Assembly (NCBI GenBank): GCA_963666275.2
Contig: CAXXOA010000001.1
Location: forward strand, 1,504,001 to 1,568,000
From: Oceanispirochaeta sp.
GTDB taxonomy: Bacteria; Spirochaetota; Spirochaetia; DSM-2461
Length of the DNA: 64,000 nt
Direction of reading: 5' to 3'
The notes below the pieces were generated by a model. It was given only the letters and a program-made list of their open reading frames with translations. It did not search any database and was not told where the DNA came from. The position numbers and the translations under genes are program-made. This document shows, piece by piece, positions 30,328-38,102 of this stretch. Positions within the stretch are counted from its first letter, which is position 1, and each line of letters starts with the position of its first letter.

Positions 30328-31137
30328 TCAGTGACCGTATTTTTTTCTGAGTTTGGTAAAATCCCTGCCGAATATTTCTTCTGTCCGGTTTCCCAGAAAA
30401 CGGCTGACTTCGGCTATATAGAAATCATGGATAATATATCCTTCAATGGATTTTATCAGACCTTTGTTTCTTGTCCATACTGTCTGACAGGGCTCTCTGG
30501 CTCCCAGACTTCCTGTCAGGCAGACATCGCCGTCAGAGACAATATCGAGTGAACGGCCCACTTCCTCAATATCCTCCAGCTTCTCTATGCTGTGGTAGCA
30601 GAGGATCCCGAAATCCGGTTCCGCTTCTCCATACAGAAGAATATTTACCTTGACGCCCCGTTCAGAGGCTTTTCTGAGATCTGTTTCCAGAACTTCCAGT
30701 TCCTCATCCCAGATCCCTATAAAAAGACTTGATTCAGTTTCTCTGATGATCCTCTGGGCAGTTTCCAGGACTTCATCCCGATCGTTCAGATTCCAGACCG
30801 GATCAAAATCCGCCTTGAAATGGATGTGGGAAAGCTGCCTTTTGAGCTGATCCGTTACTTTTTCATTCTCTTTTCTTATTCTGCCTATCATCTCTTCCGG
30901 TGCCAGGGGGGAAAAGAGTTCGGGGTTTGTTCCCTTGGATGTGACAAAGCCCTTTTTAATGAGCCTTCTTGTAATATCATAGACCCGGGAGTGGGGGACT
31001 CCGGAAACCTTTGAAATACTGTAGGCGCTCAGGGGATGCTCGGTTATAAGGCATAGATAGACTTTCCCTTCGTATTCGGTAAAACCGAGATCTTTGAGAT
31101 TTTCCAGGATCGGGTCGAATTCTTTGGAGTTCATCAT
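30328..31137 (-). CDS. TrmB-family transcriptional regulator
   Basis: LGFTEYEGKVY...SGVPHSRVY winged HTH followed by a PLD-like effector domain (RGVKVNILL). Confidence 0.88.
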   Translation of the reverse strand: MMNSKEFDPILENLKDLGFTEYEGKVYLCLITEHPLSAYSISKVSGVPHSRVYDITRRLIKKGFVTSKGTNPELFSPLAPEEMIGRIRKENEKVTDQLKRQLSHIHFKADFDPVWNLNDRDEVLETAQRIIRETESSLFIGIWDEELEVLETDLRKASERGVKVNILLYGEAEPDFGILCYHSIEKLEDIEEVGRSLDIVSDGDVCLTGSLGAREPCQTVWTRNKGLIKSIEGYIIHDFYIAEVSRFLGNRTEEIFGRDFTKLRKKYGH

Positions 31138-31222
31138 ATAAACCTATTGTACTTATCCTTCAGGGCTTTTGTCTATGAGCACGGTAAATTGCTAAGATTC
31201 GCCTGTTGGAGTAGAATTATCC

Positions 31223-32038
31223 ATGATGAAAAAGACAGGCATTGTCCTTGTATGGTGGATCGCCCTCCTGGGGATCTCCTGTACTACCGGATCAGACAGA
31301 AACAGAGGAAATCTCAGCGGAGCTATGGAGAAATCCAGGGATGACTATAAAGAGGAGAGGGTTGTTCCCGATGAAGAGGAGGATCCCTGGTTTTCCGAAG
31401 ACAGGGAAGAGAAGGATCCTCCGCCTTCAGACCCGCAGTCACCGGATGAGGGAAACCCCGGTTCTGTAGACTCAGAGGGAACAGACCTGACAGAGGATCC
31501 GGCGGATCTTTTTCTTCTTTTCAGAGGAGGTTCCAGTCTTTACGAGGGGGCTCATTTTGAAAATCCCCTGGATCTTGAGGTCCTCCTGGGAACCACCCGG
31601 GATTCTTTTCTCGGGTATTTTCTGTTCGGTGGTTTGAAAACCCTTACTGTCCGAAGGGAGGACTCCCTTTATGATTCCATTAAACCCAGGCCTTTTATGC
31701 TTCAGGGAGGGTTGGAACTGCGCTACTACCCCATAAAAAACTGGCGCTATTTTCTCCCCTATGCTACAGGCAGGATGTCCGGTTTCATTCTGTTCTGGAA
31801 TTATCAGAATGCCTTGATCGCCGGTTCTGATACGATTCAGTCGGATTCTCTGGGAGGTCTGGGACTGGATCTCGGAGTGGGGATTGACCTGATTCAGACA
31901 GACACATTCCAGGCGGGGATACAGCTGCTTCCCCAGAGCTTTCTCTTCGGTGAAGAGACCTCACAGGGGTTCACTAACGATATTTTCGATACCTACGGCA
32001 ATATCAGGATCACAGCAGAAGCAGGTATGATTTTTTAA
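31223..32038 (+). CDS. Lipoprotein with acidic linker and C-terminal beta-barrel-like domain
   Basis: Lipobox GISC; D/E/P-rich linker; amphipathic strands; terminal Phe. Confidence 0.6.
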   Translation: MMKKTGIVLVWWIALLGISCTTGSDRNRGNLSGAMEKSRDDYKEERVVPDEEEDPWFSEDREEKDPPPSDPQSPDEGNPGSVDSEGTDLTEDPADLFLLFRGGSSLYEGAHFENPLDLEVLLGTTRDSFLGYFLFGGLKTLTVRREDSLYDSIKPRPFMLQGGLELRYYPIKNWRYFLPYATGRMSGFILFWNYQNALIAGSDTIQSDSLGGLGLDLGVGIDLIQTDTFQAGIQLLPQSFLFGEETSQGFTNDIFDTYGNIRITAEAGMIF

Positions 32039-32070
32039 GGGGTTCTGCGATCGGATCGCATCTCTTCACA

Positions 32071-33273
32071 TCAGGGATTATCCAGGAACTCTTCCAGAGA
32101 GGCTATTAGACGGGATGTGTATTGATTTATATCGGTAATCTCTGTTTTTTTCAGGCGGAATCCGATCGCCCCGGGATGGCCTCCCCCGTTTTCAATGCCC
32201 AGTCTTGTAAGTACAGATCTCAGATCAAGACTTCTATAGCTGTGACTTCTGCGGAGGCGGAACTGAATCAGGTCGGAATCACAGGGACTGTCGTAGTAGA
32301 TCATCATACCCAGTGTCCCGCTCTCTTCGGCCAGCTTATCCACACTGTAACGGGCTACGGTGACGACCGTTTCATGATCGTATCTTTTTCTCATCTGCAG
32401 CATGGTTTCCTGGTTCAGCAGGATTAGAGCTATCCTGTCAGAGAGTTTTACCCGGTTTTCCATCATCTTGTTGAAACAGTCATCTTCATCCCGGGACAGT
32501 TTCTGCAGGCTTGTGAAAACTTCCCCCATGGTGGAGAAATTTCCCGAACCCTCTCTTGTGGTTTTTTCAAGGAGTTCATTGAAAAGTGTTGAGAAGATCT
32601 GATAGAACCATCTCTCTTTTCTGGTTTTCAGGAATTTCCCCATTTTGGAATCACCGATGATTCCTGTGAGGACTGCCAGTATGAAATTCCGGGAAAGGAC
32701 TTCAGAGGATACCATCTCCATTAGAAGATCTTCCCTCCGGTTCAGCTTTATAGCCAGCATCCCCACCAGTTCACTAGCCGATGACGCTTCATCAACAAGG
32801 CAGTAACCTTTGTCGCCATTGTAGCCGCTGTCAGCTTCCAGGTGATGATCAATTTCGATTTTGAGGATCTCTCTGTTATCAAAAAGTCTGTCCCTGCCGG
32901 GAAATTCCTGTCTCATCGAAGGTTTGGGAGTATCCAGAATGCAGATGGTCTCAATCGGGCTCTCAATCTTCCTGGTATCAGACAGGATTCCTATTCTGTT
33001 GTAACGGCATATATGGAGGAGATAAAGAAAGTTTTCATTGATCTTATCCGGTATTATCAGAGAGACTGTTTTACCGAATTTGGCGATTAAAATGGCAAAA
33101 GCCACCATGGAGGATATGCAGTCTTCATCAGGATTCTGATGGCCGGTTATGAGAAAGTTATCAGAGGCAACAATTCTTTCAAGTATACGGGAGATGACCT
33201 GATTCCTCTTTTTTATGCTTTCGAATTTTACTTTTCCCAATTCCGTCTCAATTCCTAATTGTGTTTTTTCCAC
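32071..33273 (-). CDS. DHH-family phosphoesterase (second, longer type)
   Basis: GHQNPDEDC, ILDT, IDHH, GIIGDS and GGGHPGAIG motifs; start codon uncertain. Confidence 0.85.
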   Translation of the reverse strand: MEKTQLGIETELGKVKFESIKKRNQVISRILERIVASDNFLITGHQNPDEDCISSMVAFAILIAKFGKTVSLIIPDKINENFLYLLHICRYNRIGILSDTRKIESPIETICILDTPKPSMRQEFPGRDRLFDNREILKIEIDHHLEADSGYNGDKGYCLVDEASSASELVGMLAIKLNRREDLLMEMVSSEVLSRNFILAVLTGIIGDSKMGKFLKTRKERWFYQIFSTLFNELLEKTTREGSGNFSTMGEVFTSLQKLSRDEDDCFNKMMENRVKLSDRIALILLNQETMLQMRKRYDHETVVTVARYSVDKLAEESGTLGMMIYYDSPCDSDLIQFRLRRSHSYRSLDLRSVLTRLGIENGGGHPGAIGFRLKKTEITDINQYTSRLIASLEEFLDNP

Positions 33274-34061
33274 TCCTCAAAGGAGTCTTTTTCCTGCTGC
33301 AGCCAGAGCTGAAAATCTCCTTCAACCACTCCATCAAACCTGTCCCAGGGGCTATCCTCTTTCTGCAGGTAGTTCTCCTCCTGCGATCCTGTGCCTGTAA
33401 AACGGCCGTCAAGGAAAGTGCCCGTCTGTTTCTGTCCGTTTGCCCGGGTATAGGTACCGGAACCGTGAAATGTGCCTTCTGAGAACATTCCCTCATATCT
33501 GTCTCCGTTTTCCATTTCTAGCACGCCGAAGCCTTCAGGTTCTCCGTTGCGGATCTCTCCGGTGTAGTTTCCTTTGGCAAAGCGGATGGAAACTTCTCCT
33601 GAGGATTCAGATGTTTCAGGAAGGACCCGGGCTGCACTGAAGTAGCGGCTCTTCCAGTAACCTGCCGTAAGGCTTGTGACAGTGACTCCCCGGTCCGGGC
33701 CGTTGGATATGGCGTGAAGAATGGAGTTCTGACCGATATAGACAGCTACATGGGTAATAGTCCGGGATGAGGAACCGGTGGCAAAAAAGATAAGATCTCC
33801 CGGTTTGACAGCATCACGGTTCACAGGAGTTCCGAATGAGGCTATCTGTCTGGATATGCGGGGAATATCCGGAACGAATGGTTTGTATAGAAAATTTATA
33901 AATCCGCTGCAGTCAAATCCGCCGGGAGAGACTCCCCCCAGTTTGTAGGGAGTTCCGATCAGGGACTCGCCTTTCTGTATTATATCTTTCTGAATATCCA
34001 GAGAATACAGGAAAAGATTCATGAGAAGGAGAGGGAATACCAGAAATTTGCTCATGGTCAT
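33255..34061 (-). CDS. NlpC/P60 (C40) peptidoglycan endopeptidase with MORN repeats
   Basis: Signal peptide; GTPY..GG, GFDCSG, PGDLIFF and HVAVYIG..ILHA motifs; YEGMF..G.FHG.G MORN units. Confidence 0.9.
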   Translation of the reverse strand: MTMSKFLVFPLLLMNLFLYSLDIQKDIIQKGESLIGTPYKLGGVSPGGFDCSGFINFLYKPFVPDIPRISRQIASFGTPVNRDAVKPGDLIFFATGSSSRTITHVAVYIGQNSILHAISNGPDRGVTVTSLTAGYWKSRYFSAARVLPETSESSGEVSIRFAKGNYTGEIRNGEPEGFGVLEMENGDRYEGMFSEGTFHGSGTYTRANGQKQTGTFLDGRFTGTGSQEENYLQKEDSPWDRFDGVVEGDFQLWLQQEKDSFEEWKKHN

Positions 34062-34171
34062 AAATTAATTATAGATCAACAGCTGTTTATATAAAATAGT
34101 CTTACCTTAAATTAGCCTATTTTTCCTTCTTTGGAGTGAAAATAATGACAGAAAGAGAGATCGGAAAAAGT

Positions 34172-34200
34172 TTGACAGATGGGAGTTATTTATATATATT
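34172..34200 (+). promoter_or_regulatory. Sigma70 promoter for the thioredoxin-like gene
   Basis: TTGACA-N17-TATATT, followed by AAGGAG RBS. Confidence 0.75.
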
Positions 34201-34227
34201 AAGTTAATTCTATATAAGGAGAATGTA

Positions 34228-34623
34228 ATGAATCTTATATCCATGGTTGCTCTGGTTGTATTTCTCTTCTTCGGTCTTCAGTATTTTATGGTATTGAGAA
34301 CAAAATTCAAAAAAGGGAAAGCCGCTCCTCAGCTGGGAGGAAAATTTACCGAGGCATTGAAAGGAAAGGGAACATCGCTTTTCTATTTCTACAGCCCTTC
34401 CTGCGGTGCCTGCCGCACCATGACCCCTGTGGTCTCCCGGTATACCAAAAACAGTTCAAGGTGCTTCAAAATAGATGTTTCAAAAGATATGGAAACAGCA
34501 AGAGCCTTCGGTGTTATGGGTACTCCCTCTACCGTGCTTATTGAGGGAGGAATTATCAAGGATTTCATCGTAGGGGCAAGACCCGAATCGGACCTTGTCA
34601 GCATGCTTGAGCAGACAAAATAG
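34228..34623 (+). CDS. Membrane-anchored thioredoxin-family protein
   Basis: N-terminal TM; FYSPSCGAC CxxC motif; cis-Pro motif GVMGTPS. Confidence 0.88.
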   Translation: MNLISMVALVVFLFFGLQYFMVLRTKFKKGKAAPQLGGKFTEALKGKGTSLFYFYSPSCGACRTMTPVVSRYTKNSSRCFKIDVSKDMETARAFGVMGTPSTVLIEGGIIKDFIVGARPESDLVSMLEQTK

Positions 34624-34734
34624 TAAATAACGCTGAAATACCCTGATACCGACCCGTTAACAAATGTTTTTCCTTGCAGGAAAAGAGAACAAAGGTTAGC
34701 ATTAATATGTTCTGTATACAGGGAGGAAAGCGGC

Positions 34735-35070
34735 GTGAAAAAATTCTTCTTTTTCTTTTTTCTCTTCATTAATATTGTCAATTTTCTTTTGATCAGTCTT
34801 GATGAAAGCTTTTCACAGGGGACTCCGTCCATCAGAATCTCAAACAGGATTCTGGCTGTCAGTTCCTTCGGAGCAGCGCCTGCTGGTCTCATTGCAATAA
34901 ATAAAATGAAAATTTCCGCTTCCCGGAATCAGACTGCCGTCTGCCTGGATCAGACATTGAAAATTCTTCTGGTTCAGAATATTCTAATGTACCTTTTAAT
35001 TTTTTCACGACCTGCTGTCAGCAGAAAAAAGGAACATAGGAAAGTCAGTTATAATAACGGGCGATTCTAG
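34735..35070 (+). CDS. Small membrane protein, divergent DUF1294-like
   Basis: IN.VNFLL..LD......RIS...L....FG pattern resembles DUF1294; GGAGG RBS before GTG. Confidence 0.45.
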   Translation: MKKFFFFFFLFINIVNFLLISLDESFSQGTPSIRISNRILAVSSFGAAPAGLIAINKMKISASRNQTAVCLDQTLKILLVQNILMYLLIFSRPAVSRKKEHRKVSYNNGRF

Positions 35071-35085
35071 AAGACGGGGAGCTCC

Positions 35086-35790
35086 TTGGCGGATATATAT
35101 TATCTATCAGAAGAGGATATCAACCAGAGTGGAGTGGTGGAATACATACAGACAGGCAATTCTTCTCATTTTTACTGGTCTGATAACTGGTCACCCGGTT
35201 TCTACAGCCGCCTTGCCTACGAGGGGCTGATTTCAACAAGCTATCGTACCGATGACGGAACTGTTGTCCTTCTTCCGGAGATGCAGAGAGAGTACGCGGT
35301 TCTGGACTGGGAAAACCTTCATGTTTCCGGGCACGTCAGAAAGCTCATGGCAAATCCCGGCAATTATACATTAAAAATAAACCATGATCTGTCTCGTCTC
35401 CTCCGGTGTATTCATCAGTATCATCGTGACAGCTGGCTGGAAGAGCCGTATATCAGACTTCTGGAGACCCTCTATTTGGAAAAAGAGAAATCCTGCTGCC
35501 GGATTATTTCCGCAGAGTTATATGATCAGCAGAATCAGCTGGCAGCAGGGGAGGTGGGCTACAGGATCGGCAATATCTACACCAGTCTGAGCGGGTTTGT
35601 GAAACGGGAAAAACCCTATGATAACTGGGGAACCCTGCAGATGGTTCTCTTAGGCCGCTATCTGGAATCGGAAGGCTATAGCTTCTGGAATCTGGGTCAC
35701 CCCTATATGGAGTATAAAATACGTCTGGGCGGGAAGATCCTCAGCCGGAAGGATTTTCTTGAAAAATGGAAAAGGGAGAGGGACGGTTAA
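35086..35790 (+). CDS. Leucyl/phenylalanyl-tRNA-protein transferase-like protein (non-canonical)
   Basis: LHVS..VRK, SW, SAELY...LAAGEVGYRIG and LG...SR..F patterns of the Aat GNAT fold. Confidence 0.7.
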   Translation: MADIYYLSEEDINQSGVVEYIQTGNSSHFYWSDNWSPGFYSRLAYEGLISTSYRTDDGTVVLLPEMQREYAVLDWENLHVSGHVRKLMANPGNYTLKINHDLSRLLRCIHQYHRDSWLEEPYIRLLETLYLEKEKSCCRIISAELYDQQNQLAAGEVGYRIGNIYTSLSGFVKREKPYDNWGTLQMVLLGRYLESEGYSFWNLGHPYMEYKIRLGGKILSRKDFLEKWKRERDG

Positions 35791-35851
35791 AAGTCTGTTC
35801 CCCCTGATAGTTCCTGTGTGATACCGGTCAGGAGAAACAGATTCAAACGGT

Positions 35852-36436
35852 TTAGCGGGTAGTGGCTGTCCCCGGTGCCTGGGGCTGTCCCACAGCATTG
35901 CCCGAGGGGCTCAGCTGACGGTTACTGTTGGGGTTAACCTGGTTGGGAGCCACCTGATTCGGTCTGTTGTTGGGAGCCATCTGATTCGGAGCAGCCTGGT
36001 TGGGAGCCACCTGATTGGGTCTCACCTGATTCCTGTTCTGATTCTGTATCATATTCACATAATAGTTATCCAGGTTCTGCAGGAGCTGTTCAAACTGCTG
36101 GCGCATCTGCCAGTTGTTCTGGTTGGGGTTGCCAAGCTGACCTGAACGGGGAGCTGCATATCCCTGGGGATTTCCTAACTGTCCCTGTCCGGGAGCATTG
36201 TTGTATCCCTGAGGATTATTGCCGTTGTAGTTATTGTAATTCTGAGGATTCAAATTGCCGGGATTTTGAGCCCTGTAGTAATAACCGCCCCGGGAATCAT
36301 TGTATCCCACACCGTATCCATTACGGAAACCTCTGTCGTAGGCATCCCGTATATCCTGTTCTGTATAATACTGCTGGGCAAATACCGATCCACCCGCCAG
36401 AAGGCAGAGAACTGTCAGTAGGATTGTATTTCTCAT
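35852..36436 (-). CDS. Secreted low-complexity Q/N/P/G-rich protein
   Basis: Signal peptide ending VFA; AAGGAG RBS; PNQ(V/A/M)A repeats. Confidence 0.75.
   Translation of the reverse strand: MRNTILLTVLCLLAGGSVFAQQYYTEQDIRDAYDRGFRNGYGVGYNDSRGGYYYRAQNPGNLNPQNYNNYNGNNPQGYNNAPGQGQLGNPQGYAAPRSGQLGNPNQNNWQMRQQFEQLLQNLDNYYVNMIQNQNRNQVRPNQVAPNQAAPNQMAPNNRPNQVAPNQVNPNSNRQLSPSGNAVGQPQAPGTATTR
35930..36032 (-). repeat. Imperfect 15 bp coding tandem repeat (PNQVA units)
   Basis: TTGGGAGCCA(C/T)CTGATT recurs three times, with related units between. Confidence 0.8.
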
Positions 36437-36535
36437 TCTCGGAAAATCTCCTTTATCTAATATATTTTAAAGTATGAAACATCTCTGTGGAAAAGAGAAG
36501 TCCCCGGAAAAAAATGGCTTATTCTTTCGCTCTTT

Positions 36536-37963
36536 TTAATCTGCCAGTTTCAGAGTGTTATAGGCTTCAAGCGCCTCTTTCCGGGATGTACCGATATCAA
36601 CTAAAGGATAGGGGTAGTCTTTACCCAGGTGGATCCCCGCTTCCCTGAGGATCTCTTCCGGTGCCTCCCAGGGCCTGAAAAGGTATTTGTCCGGCAGATC
36701 GGCAAGCTCGGGCAGGAAGTTCCTTGTATATGTCCCCTTCCGATCGAATTTTTCACCCTGGGTGACAGGATTGAATATCCGGAAGTAGGGGGCGGCATCC
36801 GTACCGGAACCGGCGACCCACTGCCAGCTGGCACTGTTTGACGCCAGGTCCGCATCTACAAGACAGTCCCAGAACCATTTTTCACCTTCCCTCCAGTGGA
36901 TTCTGAGATTTTTCACAAGAAAGGAAGCGGTTATCATCCGAACTCGGTTGTGCATCTGCCCTGTCTGCCAGAGCTCTCTCATTCCCGCATCCACCAGGGG
37001 GATTCCAGTCTTTCCCTGCTGCCAGGCTTTCAGATGCAGCTCATTGTCTAGCCAGGGGAAGTAATCAAATTTCGGTTTGAGATTCCTCTCGGGTATGGAA
37101 GGGAAATGGAAAAGCTGATAGTAGGAAAACTCGCGCCAGACCATCTCTTTTTTGAAGGTCAGACTATTCTGATCACTCCCCTTCGCATACAGTGCATTCC
37201 ACAGCTGTCCCGGCGAAATCTGACCGAAATGAAGATAGGGCGATAGCCGTGAGGTGCTGTTTCTTCCGGGGAAGTCCCTGCCTGTATCATAATCTGCCAG
37301 ACCCTGCTCAAGAAAATCTTCCAGATGTTTCCATGGATCCCTTTTACCGGGATTCCAGTATTTTTTCATTTCATCATCCCATGGGATTCGCGGGAGAAGG
37401 CTGAGTTCCGTCAGCTCTAAAGAACCTTGTATCCTTCCGGTATAGAAATCGAGTCTCTCAGGTTCCGGAAGAGTTTCGACCGGTTCTCCCAGGAGCCATG
37501 TATAGCCTTTTTTTAAAAAGGGCGTGTAGACTTTATAGGGGCTGCTGTCTTCTTTGACTGTCCTCCAGGGCTCTTTCAGAAGCGAAGCATTAAAACTGCC
37601 GGTTTCTATTCCCCGGGTTTTGAGAACTTCACTGACAGCCTTGTCCCGTCTGATCCTCCAGGGCTCGTAGCAGCGGTTCCAAAAAACTGCATCAGCACCG
37701 GTTGTTTCAATGAGAGAAATGAGAATCTTTTCCGGAGATCCCTTAAAAAAGTGAAGATGCCCGTTCAGATCCCTATCCAGTCTCTCCAGAGAATGATGAA
37801 GCCACCATCGGGAGGCGCCGCCCATCTTCCATGGGCCGGGAGAGTTGTCATCCAGAATATATACAGGCAGTATCTCTCCCCGGGAGGCTGCTTTTGAGAG
37901 TGCGGGATTATCTGAAAGCCTCAGATCCTGTCTGAGCCATACAATGGTAAGATTTTTTTTCAT
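36536..37963 (-). CDS. phrB: Class I CPD DNA photolyase
   Basis: WLRQDLRLSDNPAL, TSRLSPYLHFG, WREF, MHNRVRM and WQWVAGSGTDAAPYFRIFNP motifs. Confidence 0.93.
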   Translation of the reverse strand: MKKNLTIVWLRQDLRLSDNPALSKAASRGEILPVYILDDNSPGPWKMGGASRWWLHHSLERLDRDLNGHLHFFKGSPEKILISLIETTGADAVFWNRCYEPWRIRRDKAVSEVLKTRGIETGSFNASLLKEPWRTVKEDSSPYKVYTPFLKKGYTWLLGEPVETLPEPERLDFYTGRIQGSLELTELSLLPRIPWDDEMKKYWNPGKRDPWKHLEDFLEQGLADYDTGRDFPGRNSTSRLSPYLHFGQISPGQLWNALYAKGSDQNSLTFKKEMVWREFSYYQLFHFPSIPERNLKPKFDYFPWLDNELHLKAWQQGKTGIPLVDAGMRELWQTGQMHNRVRMITASFLVKNLRIHWREGEKWFWDCLVDADLASNSASWQWVAGSGTDAAPYFRIFNPVTQGEKFDRKGTYTRNFLPELADLPDKYLFRPWEAPEEILREAGIHLGKDYPYPLVDIGTSRKEALEAYNTLKLAD

Positions 37964-38102
37964 ATTGAGTTGAAATATAAACAATATGAAGAAACAGATC
38001 CAATAAATTATACTTTCCTATAGGTCTTTGATCCCGGAGGATTCTGATTCCATTCTGAAGAAGTATCCAAAATTATTTAAATGAGGAAAGGGTACAAATA
38101 AT

